The translations under genes and the position numbers were made by a program. This document shows positions 31,167 to 37,577 of a DNA stretch of 43,003 nucleotides, piece by piece; within the stretch, counting starts at the first letter, position 1, and the number at the start of each line of letters is the position of its first letter. The notes below the pieces were generated by a model. That model did not search any database and was not told the DNA's origin. It saw only the letters and a list, made by a program, of their open reading frames with translations. The stretch lies in the IMG/VR virus record IMGVR_UViG_3300045988_008747, one strand, 5' to 3'. This DNA comes from a virus.

Positions 31167-32544
31167 CTTCGTCCTCCTCATCCTCGTCCACAGTCTCCCG
31201 TGTTTCGCTCTCAGCCATCAGCGCGGCCTTGGCCTGCTCCTTTTGTTCCGGGGTCAGGTTGGGCAGCAGGTCGATTGCCATGTCCTGCCCGATAATGGCG
31301 GCCTCGGAAATCACCATGCTGACCTGTTCGGCCGTGTTGGTGATCTTGCTGCGGTTGAATGCTGGCATAGCGTTTTCAAAGCCAGCCAGTGCGCAGATCT
31401 GCCGGATGAACGGCTTGACCTGTGCCTCGAAGTCGTCTGCGTTCTGGTTCAGCGGTTCATAGGCTGCATCCAGATGGTCGTTTGTGCTGTCCGCGCTGAC
31501 ACAGTGCACGTCCAGCCCGCCGAAGTCCTCATAGACCCGGGTGTGGAGCAACTCCAGCAGAGTCTGCCGGGCCGCTACAGGGATCTCGGTGGTGTAGGGG
31601 GTGATCTTGCCGCCCTCGCTGGTGTCTGCGCCTGCAATGTGGTACAGATTCAGCTTGACGAGGTACTCCACGAGTTCATCATCGGTCATTCCGTTGAAGT
31701 TCTCGCACAGCCAGTAGATCTGCGCGCAGTCCTGCAGGTCATTGCAGAAGCCGGACATCACCAGATCGGTGTTGTCAATGTAGGCTTTCAGCCCCACAAG
31801 GGTGCTCTGGTGCAGGTCGGAGCCCCACAGCGGCACAATGGGAAGAGCGCTGTAGTTTTCGCCCTCCACGCTTTCCAGCCCGCCGCCGGGTGTGGTGACA
31901 GTCACGCTCTTGTATGCCTGCTTCGGCGTTGTCTCCTGCATCACATTGCCGATTTTGCTTTCCGTGTACTCGGTAAAGCCGTCCAGCTCGTACAGGATAT
32001 AATGCATATCCGTGTCAGGGTTCAGCCGCCAGAAGCGCACGCCTGCCTGCAAAAGACCAGTCTTTTCATCGTACAGGGGAGCAAACTCGGTCAGCTTGAA
32101 AACCACCAGATGGTCGCTGTTCCAGAAGCCAAAGCTCTCGCCGTGGATCAGGGCGAAATATCCGGCTTTCTGGATCTGCTCGTCGAAGTTCTGCCCCAGA
32201 CTTTCCTTGTCCACGCCATCGTCCGCAAAGACCACGCCATTGCCGAGGGAGTAGGTCGCCCGCTGCTTGTTGAGCCGCCGGAAAAGATTGCTCTTGACCA
32301 TATCGGGGCGCGGGGTGTCCTGCCTGGTGTTTTTGGATAGGCGTTTCAGCATCAAAGCGTAAGCCTGCGCAAAGCGCTCAGCTCCCGGGTTTTTCTGGGC
32401 ATCGTACAGGTCTGCGTCCAGCGCCATCTTGTACGGTCCGGAAGCGCAGTGCTGCTGCACGAACTGCCGGATGAAATCGGGCTGTTCGCCGGCGGCTTGC
32501 GCCTGCTGGAAGGTCTGGAATGTGTATACAGTGCTCAAAATCAA
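31144..32544 (-). CDS. Portal protein (SPP1 gp6-like)
   Basis: 466 aa immediately after terL. The annotated start is TTG overlapping the terL stop, so the exact start is uncertain (a second TTG lies at 32538). Confidence 0.85.
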   Translation of the reverse strand: MILSTVYTFQTFQQAQAAGEQPDFIRQFVQQHCASGPYKMALDADLYDAQKNPGAERFAQAYALMLKRLSKNTRQDTPRPDMVKSNLFRRLNKQRATYSLGNGVVFADDGVDKESLGQNFDEQIQKAGYFALIHGESFGFWNSDHLVVFKLTEFAPLYDEKTGLLQAGVRFWRLNPDTDMHYILYELDGFTEYTESKIGNVMQETTPKQAYKSVTVTTPGGGLESVEGENYSALPIVPLWGSDLHQSTLVGLKAYIDNTDLVMSGFCNDLQDCAQIYWLCENFNGMTDDELVEYLVKLNLYHIAGADTSEGGKITPYTTEIPVAARQTLLELLHTRVYEDFGGLDVHCVSADSTNDHLDAAYEPLNQNADDFEAQVKPFIRQICALAGFENAMPAFNRSKITNTAEQVSMVISEAAIIGQDMAIDLLPNLTPEQKEQAKAALMAESETRETVDEDEEDEDGSRRNI

Positions 32545-33788
32545 TCCCTCAGTTTCACAAGGCGCTTTGTGCGCACGAAATAGCGGATAGCGTCCATGCA
32601 GTGGTCGTTGACCTTCAGCACGGTGTCGTCTTTATCTGGATCCCAAGCGTACACGCCGAACTCTTCCAGCGTGTGCTTGCAGTCTCTGTAAATCTTCAGC
32701 CGCCCGGTCTGCAGCATGGTCTGCACGTCCAGAATGCCGCTCAGAACGTCATTGTTTGCGGGGGTCTGAGTAAAGCCATTCTTGCGCAGTTCCGTAATCA
32801 GAGGCAGGGCAGAGGGGTCCACGATGATCCGTTCCGGCTTGAGACCGCCCAACCACGCCTTGAGGTCTGTAACGTACTCGCCCACGGTCTTTTGCCGCTT
32901 CTGTTCGCGGCCGCTGTAGTAGTATTCCCGGGTGACGATCCAGCAGTCTGCATCTGCCTGCTTCTGGAACAGCAAAAAAACTGTTGCGTTCTGGGTTCCA
33001 AAGTCGCAAGCCACATAGACGCTCTTTGGTGACAGCTCCGGCAGCTTATCAACGACGTGCTTCTTGCGGTCGAACATGTCATATACAAGGCCCTCGGCCA
33101 CCGTCCACAGGCCCAGAATGAAGCGCTGGTAGAAAACGCCGCTGTACTGGCTGCGGTAGCGCTCTTTGATGTCCTCGGCAAGTGACAGATTGTCGTCCAT
33201 CGTGAAATGTAGATACATCATCTTGCGGGAGCGGCATTTCCGCACCCACTCGAGATAAAACCAGTGTTGCGGGCTGCCCGGGTTGCAGTTGAACCAGAAC
33301 TTTGAACCGGTGACAGAGCAACGGGCTGTGGCCTGATTGACGAAGCTCTGCGGCATCAGGGCCACCTCGTCGAAGAACGCGCCCGCAAGGGTGATGCCCT
33401 GGATCAGGTCTTGACTGCTCTCGTCTTTGCCGCCGAAAAAGTAAAACTCGTTGGTTCTGCCGCCCTTGCTGACGGTCATGCAGTTTTCTGCCCGATGCTC
33501 CTTGACGTTGTAACCACGGGCTGCAAGCTGCTGCTTGAGCGTTCCCAGCACGTTGCGCCGGAAGCTGGCGATGGTCTTGCCACACATGGCAAACTGCTGG
33601 CCGCTGTAGCAGGTCATAGCCCACTGGACGAAAGAGAAGCTCATGGCAAAGGTCTTGCCCGAACGAATAGCGCCATCGGCAATGATGCCGTTGTAGCCGC
33701 TGTATGCGCTTTGCGGTGTCCACCAGCAAAGAACCATCTTTTGCCGCTGGCTGAGGGCTTTCCAGCGAAAACCGTTACTTTTCCGCAT
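32541..33788 (-). CDS. terL: Terminase large subunit
   Basis: Walker A in GIIADGAIRSGKTFAMS. 415 aa from the ATG at 33788, with a GGAGGAAGAGG RBS. Confidence 0.9.
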   Translation of the reverse strand: MRKSNGFRWKALSQRQKMVLCWWTPQSAYSGYNGIIADGAIRSGKTFAMSFSFVQWAMTCYSGQQFAMCGKTIASFRRNVLGTLKQQLAARGYNVKEHRAENCMTVSKGGRTNEFYFFGGKDESSQDLIQGITLAGAFFDEVALMPQSFVNQATARCSVTGSKFWFNCNPGSPQHWFYLEWVRKCRSRKMMYLHFTMDDNLSLAEDIKERYRSQYSGVFYQRFILGLWTVAEGLVYDMFDRKKHVVDKLPELSPKSVYVACDFGTQNATVFLLFQKQADADCWIVTREYYYSGREQKRQKTVGEYVTDLKAWLGGLKPERIIVDPSALPLITELRKNGFTQTPANNDVLSGILDVQTMLQTGRLKIYRDCKHTLEEFGVYAWDPDKDDTVLKVNDHCMDAIRYFVRTKRLVKLRD

Positions 33789-34242
33789 GGTCGTCCTCTT
33801 CCTCCGGCAGCATCTCCACGTCATCCGGCGGGCTGATGTCTGCGGCAGCACTCAGAGCCTCAAGCAGGCCATCGTCTGGGGCTTCTATGCTGCTCTGGTC
33901 TCCCAGCATAGCAAACTTGTCCACGATGGTTCCAAACGCCGTGGACAGCTGCGGCAGCGTTGCCTCTGCGATCTTGTCCGGGTCTGCCATCGCCTGAAGG
34001 TACAGCCCGAGAAGGTCCTGTGCTTCCCCGCGCTTGCTGCCTAAGTAGGAAAGCATGTCCTGCGTGTTCTGCTCTTTTTTTAAGGCGCACAAATCCGCGC
34101 ACTTGGGATTATCTTTCACGATTTTCCGCACAGTGCTTTCTGCCACGTCGTTCAGTTTGGCGGTTCTGGTGTAGCTCTGCAGCTGAACATAGTCAGCAAT
34201 GATCTTCTTTTTTTGTCTGTCTGTCAGCCGCCTTGCGCCCAC
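33775..34242 (-). CDS. terS: Terminase small subunit (HTH type)
   Basis: GTG at 34242 after GAGAGG. MGARRLTDRQKKKIIADYVQLQSYTRTAKLNDVAESTVRKIV... with an acidic C-terminus. The longer track ORF would overlap the tRNA-like element. Confidence 0.75.
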   Translation of the reverse strand: MGARRLTDRQKKKIIADYVQLQSYTRTAKLNDVAESTVRKIVKDNPKCADLCALKKEQNTQDMLSYLGSKRGEAQDLLGLYLQAMADPDKIAEATLPQLSTAFGTIVDKFAMLGDQSSIEAPDDGLLEALSAAADISPPDDVEMLPEEEDDHAEK

Positions 34243-34312
34243 CGCCACCACCTCTCTAAACTCATGCAAAAGAAAAACCGCCCGGAAATCCGAACGGTCA
34301 AAATATCGAATG

Positions 34313-34448
34313 TGCCGCCAGCTGGGTTTGAACCAGCACCCATGGAATGGATGCGCGCAGTGGTTGGCTGTGCAGTGATGTTCCCGTGGTGTCACCAACG
34401 TTGTCCCGCCTTAAATGGGCGGCGCTCTTCCAATTGAGCTATGACGGC
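34313..34448 (-). tRNA. Noncanonical tRNA-Lys(UUU)-like element with A33 and a 68-nt insertion at the variable-loop position
   Basis: GCCGTCA/TGGCGGC acceptor, TAGCTCAATTGGAAGAGC D arm, CCGCC-CATTTAA-GGCGG anticodon arm, a 68-nt insert, then the GCTGG-TTCAAAC-CCAGC T arm. Confidence 0.4.
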
Positions 34449-34570
34449 ATATAAGCAGCGCCCGTGCATTCAGTGTGTTGGACATGCGTCAAACGGTGGG
34501 CGCTGCTGCATCCGGAACTTTCGCGGCCGGATGCCCCGCTATTGCGCCGCCCCCTCATAGGGCACGCAAG
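34449..34570 (-). ncRNA. Structured spacer between tRNA-Trp and the Lys-like element
   Basis: Perfect 8-bp stem GCATCCGG/CCGGATGC (11-nt loop) and perfect 10-bp stem AGCAGCGCCC/GGGCGCTGCT enclosing a GTTTGAC-GCAT-GTCCAAC hairpin. Confidence 0.3.
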
Positions 34571-34643
34571 CACTCCCGGCAGGGCTCGAACCTGCAACAT
34601 GCGGTTTTGGAGACCGCCGCTCTACCGCTTGAGCTACCGGAGT
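34571..34643 (-). tRNA. tRNA-Trp (anticodon CCA), CCA not encoded
   Basis: ACTCCGG-TA-GCTC-AAGCGGTA-GAGC-G-GCGGT-CTCCAAA-ACCGC-ATGTT-GCAGG-TTCGAGC-CCTGC-CGGGAGT-G. One G.G mismatch in the acceptor stem. Confidence 0.85.
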
Positions 34644-34648
34644 ATAAA

Positions 34649-34718
34649 AGCCGCCCTTGGAATCGAACCAGCCGTGTCTACACACACGCGCCGCGCTCCA
34701 AATTGCGCTCAGGCGGCC
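34649..34718 (-). tRNA. Degenerate tRNA-like element (anticodon-position stem closes a 6-nt loop; weak T stem)
   Basis: GGCCGCC/GGCGGCT acceptor (G1.U72), GCGC/GCGC D stem, CGTGT-GTGTAG-ACACG, T loop TTCGATT with only 3 Watson-Crick stem pairs. It lies 5 nt upstream of tRNA-Trp. Confidence 0.35.
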
Positions 34719-34720
34719 AT

Positions 34721-34752
34721 ATAAAAACAGCTCCGGTTCGCCGCCGGGGCTG
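34721..34752 (-). terminator. Intrinsic terminator inside the late-operon leader
   Basis: Minus-strand RNA CAGCCCCGG-CGGCGAA-CCGGAGCUG (one C.A mismatch) followed by UUUUUAU. Confidence 0.5.
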
Positions 34753-34758
34753 TTGGTT

Positions 34759-34864
34759 GGCGCACATCCTGTCAGGAAAGCTACACCTTGGCAAGGATTC
34801 TAAGGCCTTTTCTTGGCACGGGAGGTTGCACGTGCGGCCTTGCGGGTCGTCTAGTCCATGCGCC
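34759..34864 (-). ncRNA. Structured about 106-nt RNA element closed by GGCGCA/TGCGCC
   Basis: Nested stems AAGGCC/GGCCUU and GCACG/CGUGC present the loop UGCAACCUCC (anti-Shine-Dalgarno-like CCUCC). There is no ORF with an RBS. Confidence 0.3.
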
Positions 34865-34870
34865 ATACGG

Positions 34871-34941
34871 TGCGATACGGCGGAATCGAACCGCCTCCTG
34901 TCTCTCATGAGCGGCAGGCTGCCTTTGTGTCAGTGTATCGC
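34871..34941 (-). tRNA. tRNA-like element with perfect acceptor and T arms but a 9-position central hairpin in place of an anticodon arm
   Basis: GCGATAC/GTATCGC acceptor, GGCGG-TTCGATT-CCGCC T arm. The centre is CCTGCCGCT-CATG-AGAGACAGG (7 Watson-Crick pairs plus 2 mismatches). CUCAUGA is embedded but not closed by a 5-bp stem. Confidence 0.35.
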
Positions 34942-35125
34942 ATAGAAGCAGCCCGCGAAACGTGAAGAGAGCAAAGCCCGGTACCTGCAAGCAGAAAAGG
35001 AGGAAAATGCCAAGAAGGGACACGTTTCGGAGGCTGCGTGCATCGGTTTGCCTTTTGGCTTTTCCGATGATACAATTTTACACCATGTAATAGTGAAACC
35101 GCAATGTAATGACAGTGCAATGTTT

Positions 35126-35581
35126 TTAAAGGCTCAGTTCCTCCATTGCTTTGCGCCGCAAGACATAGACCATGCGCAGAGAATAATTCATATCTTTTGC
35201 GACCCTGTCCCACGTAAGGCAATCGAGATAGTACTTGTACAGCACCGTGTATGCTTTCTCGTTCTGGATCTGGGCGAGCGCGTTTCTGATCTCGAGGAAT
35301 AGCCTGTCACAGACCGCTCTTTGCTCATAAGCGCGGCGCTCCGCTTCCTCCTCGCGTTCCACCGCCCGGGCAAGGCTCTGTCCATCTTTGCTGCCGCCGG
35401 GGGCCGCGCTGAGGCTCTGGGTAATGTGCCGGGTGGCCTCCTGTGCTTCGGCCAGACGGTCAGACAGCAAGTAGTATCTTTTCTCTGCTTCGCGGTAGCG
35501 GTTCAGCCACGCCTTAACAGTGCGGAAATCGGTTTTGTCCGGCTTCGTCGTGTCGGTGTCAGGTATCCATGTGCGGGTCAT
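35126..35581 (-). CDS. Late-gene transcriptional regulator with a sigma-70 region-4-like HTH (ArpU/RinA/DUF1492-type by position)
   Basis: AAAGGAG RBS before the ATG at 35581. C-terminus NEKAYTVLYKYYLDCLTWDRVAKDMNYSLRMVYVLRRKAMEEL. It is the last gene before the terS leader. Confidence 0.7.
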   Translation of the reverse strand: MTRTWIPDTDTTKPDKTDFRTVKAWLNRYREAEKRYYLLSDRLAEAQEATRHITQSLSAAPGGSKDGQSLARAVEREEEAERRAYEQRAVCDRLFLEIRNALAQIQNEKAYTVLYKYYLDCLTWDRVAKDMNYSLRMVYVLRRKAMEELSL

Positions 35582-35858
35582 TGTTGCTCCTTTCTTCAAA
35601 ATCGTTGCAATATTCGGGCGGATTTATGTATCCTTCGTCTTTGTCACTTCTCCGGCAGATATAGTGATATCCGGATTCTGACGCCCCAAATTTTTGATTT
35701 AAGAAAACGCACCGGTCGCAAAGGCAAGGTTTGTTGCGGTTGCGCCACCGCTTGAAATATTCAATTGGGTTGCCATCGCTAAGAACAAACCAGATGAAAA
35801 ATCCTGCAAGTGTTGCCATGAACAGCGTGCTTGCAACTTCAAATAGCATATCAAGCAT
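35559..35858 (-). CDS. Membrane protein with a Cys-rich C-terminal domain (99 aa)
   Basis: GGGGAG RBS. MLDMLFEVASTLFMATLAGFFIWFVL...CLCDRCVF...YICRR. Confidence 0.55.
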   Translation of the reverse strand: MLDMLFEVASTLFMATLAGFFIWFVLSDGNPIEYFKRWRNRNKPCLCDRCVFLNQKFGASESGYHYICRRSDKDEGYINPPEYCNDFEERSNNDPHMDT

Positions 35859-35859
35859 T

Positions 35860-36231
35860 TTACTCCCCCATTTCTTCAATCTCGATTTCTACCCTCGGAT
35901 TCTTTCGGTCAAGCTCCACCCGGCTGCCATCGTGGGCGGCAACAATTTTGCTGTTGTCGTCCTCCAGCACGCGGGCTTTTACCAGAATGTCAGTGGTCGC
36001 CTCAATGAGGTTTGCCAGATCGACCCGGCGGGCGGTCTTCATGTAGTATACGCACCTCACGTTCACGCGGGCAGAAATGGGGCTGTGCGGCCTTTTGATT
36101 TGCCGCAGGCAGTCCGTCTCATAATCCACGTAAGCCTTGCTAGGGGCCACAAAGCGCCCGCCTGAGCGGCTTTTGAGGATGCGGGCAGAGTTTTTCTTGG
36201 TGCGCGGGTCGCCGTAGAGGGTCAGCTTCAT
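35860..36231 (-). CDS. rusA: RusA-family Holliday junction resolvase
   Basis: MKLTLYGDPRTKKNS...VDLANLIEATTDILVKARVLEDDNSKIV. GAAGGAG RBS before the ATG at 36231. Confidence 0.85.
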   Translation of the reverse strand: MKLTLYGDPRTKKNSARILKSRSGGRFVAPSKAYVDYETDCLRQIKRPHSPISARVNVRCVYYMKTARRVDLANLIEATTDILVKARVLEDDNSKIVAAHDGSRVELDRKNPRVEIEIEEMGE

Positions 36232-36617
36232 GATACGTGCTCCTTCAGCCACTCGATGCTCATGTCGTGGTCGATAAACATGAGCGTCAGCCAACGGTCG
36301 CAGGCAAGCCCCATGTAGGTGTAAATCAGCTCCATATCATCCTCGGAGAAATCGGTATCCAGAAAAGCATTGATGCCATCCCTCATGTATTTGTGGAACT
36401 TTCGATTTCTCCACTCCTGTGAATATGGCGCGGTTTTAAATGCCGCCCGTGAAAGCCACTCCAGCACTTTGGCCTTGATGGCATCTTCCGTTCCGATGTT
36501 TTCCAGAATAATATACTGGTTTGTCCTCGGATGGACAATAAGCTCGTTCCGGTCAGTAATATAACTTCCCGGAAAGCACCTCTGGAGCTTGGCAATTGAT
36601 TTTTCAATGTCGGTCAT
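36228..36617 (-). CDS. Hypothetical protein (129 aa)
   Basis: ATGA coupling with the upstream gene. MTDIEKSIAKLQRCFPGSYITDRNELIVHPR... Confidence 0.6.
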   Translation of the reverse strand: MTDIEKSIAKLQRCFPGSYITDRNELIVHPRTNQYIILENIGTEDAIKAKVLEWLSRAAFKTAPYSQEWRNRKFHKYMRDGINAFLDTDFSEDDMELIYTYMGLACDRWLTLMFIDHDMSIEWLKEHVS

Positions 36618-37102
36618 TTTTTCATCATCCCTTCCATTGCCAGCTGCTCGCACTGCTTTTCAGCTTCCCGGCGCTGCTGGTCATACTCAAACAGCATATC
36701 TGCGTACTCATTGCCTACCCGGCGGATGGCCGTTTCCAGCATCTCCGTCACAAGGTCGCGGTACTTGCCCTCACCTTTGCGACTGTTCCGGGCGGCTTCC
36801 CGGGCTTCCCACAGGTCTGTCAGCTTGTCCCGCTTGTCAGCGTTGATCTCGCCGTAGCCGTAGGCATCCTGGATCTGCTCCATGCTATCCCAGCCTTCCA
36901 GTTCAGCAAAGGGGTCAGCTTCAGCCTTTGCCATGCTGCGGGATTTGGTCTTTTTCTTGACGTACCGGGTCAGACCGTCCTGCATCACGGCGCGGGCATC
37001 GTCCATCGCTTTGCGGACAGCCTTGACCTCCCGCTCTCTTTTGAGCTGGTCTGGCTGGCTGGCCCATTCGGCCATCAGCTCGGATTTCGTTTTCGGTTTC
37101 AT
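36614..37102 (-). CDS. Hypothetical charged helical protein (162 aa)
   Basis: GGAGGAAG RBS before the ATG at 37102. Confidence 0.65.
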   Translation of the reverse strand: MKPKTKSELMAEWASQPDQLKREREVKAVRKAMDDARAVMQDGLTRYVKKKTKSRSMAKAEADPFAELEGWDSMEQIQDAYGYGEINADKRDKLTDLWEAREAARNSRKGEGKYRDLVTEMLETAIRRVGNEYADMLFEYDQQRREAEKQCEQLAMEGMMKK

Positions 37103-37280
37103 GTTCTTCCTCCGTTTTCACAGCTTCCCGAATGCGCAGTCTGGCAAGCTCAGCTTTCGCATACCACAGCTGCCAATTGCCAAACCATCCCTTGTGGAGC
37201 AGTTTCCCGCCATAATAAACAAGTTCCTGCCCCATCAGGTGGTCGAGAGAGACGATGTAAGCGCCGGGCTTGTACCTCAT
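36921..37280 (-). CDS. Hypothetical ORF (119 aa) whose last 60 codons overlap 36614..37102
   Basis: GGGGGTGAG RBS before the ATG at 37280. MRYKPGAYIVSLDHLMGQELVYYGGKLLHKGWFGNWQLWYAKAELARLRI... The tail is R/G/P-rich and probably not genuine. Confidence 0.35.
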   Translation of the reverse strand: MRYKPGAYIVSLDHLMGQELVYYGGKLLHKGWFGNWQLWYAKAELARLRIREAVKTEEEHETENEIRADGRMGQPARPAQKRAGGQGCPQSDGRCPRRDAGRSDPVRQEKDQIPQHGKG

Positions 37281-37284
37281 TTGC

Positions 37285-37389
37285 TCACCCCCATTGTTCG
37301 GACATGGCCTTTGCAACGCCCGGAAACGTTTTGGCCCGAAACGCCTTGCACACTTCCTGCGATTCCTCGCAGGCAACCAACACTTTCAC
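37285..37389 (-). pseudogene. 34-codon minigene that looks like the fused N- and C-termini of a deleted DNA (cytosine) methyltransferase-like gene
   Basis: GTG at 37389 overlaps the upstream stop as GTGA; GGGAGGAAG RBS. MKVLVACEESQEVCKAFRA|KTFPGVAKAMSEQWG. Confidence 0.4.
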
Positions 37390-37577
37390 CGTTTTCTTCC
37401 TCCCATCCAAAATTCCTGATTAAATGCGTTCTTGCTGATGCGTTCCGCCGCATGCTTGGTTTCTGTATATGCACGTTGCTCCTTCAGCTGACGCTTGTAC
37501 TCGGCGTACCGTGGGCAGCTGTCGTGGCAGATCAGGTGCCGGTCGGAGCAGTGAAAGCAGGGATCAACAACCTTCAT
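37386..37577 (-). CDS. Small Cys/His-rich (zinc-binding-like) protein (63 aa)
   Basis: GGAAGGAG RBS. MKVVDPCFHCSDRHLICHDSCPRYAEYKRQ... Confidence 0.6.
   Translation of the reverse strand: MKVVDPCFHCSDRHLICHDSCPRYAEYKRQLKEQRAYTETKHAAERISKNAFNQEFWMGGRKR

Noticed and set aside
34243-34398. The N-terminal 52-codon extension of terS in the track ORF 33775..34398.
   Set aside because: It would overlap the Lys-like tRNA element and has an implausible sequence (HCTANHCAHPFHGCW). A GTG at 34242 with an RBS gives a typical small-terminase N-terminus.
34571-34643. A suppressor tRNA or stop-codon recoding (as in some gut phages).
   Set aside because: The clear tRNAs have the standard anticodons CCA (Trp) and UGU (Thr). 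All structural and replication genes are intact under the standard bacterial code, with no in-frame TAG, TGA or TAA.
34781-35222. ORFs 34678..34908, 34781..35023, 34905..35222 (-) and 34464..34945 (+) in the terS leader.
   Set aside because: They have no RBSs and overlap tRNA or tRNA-like structures and the terminator. Their composition is typical of translated structured RNA.
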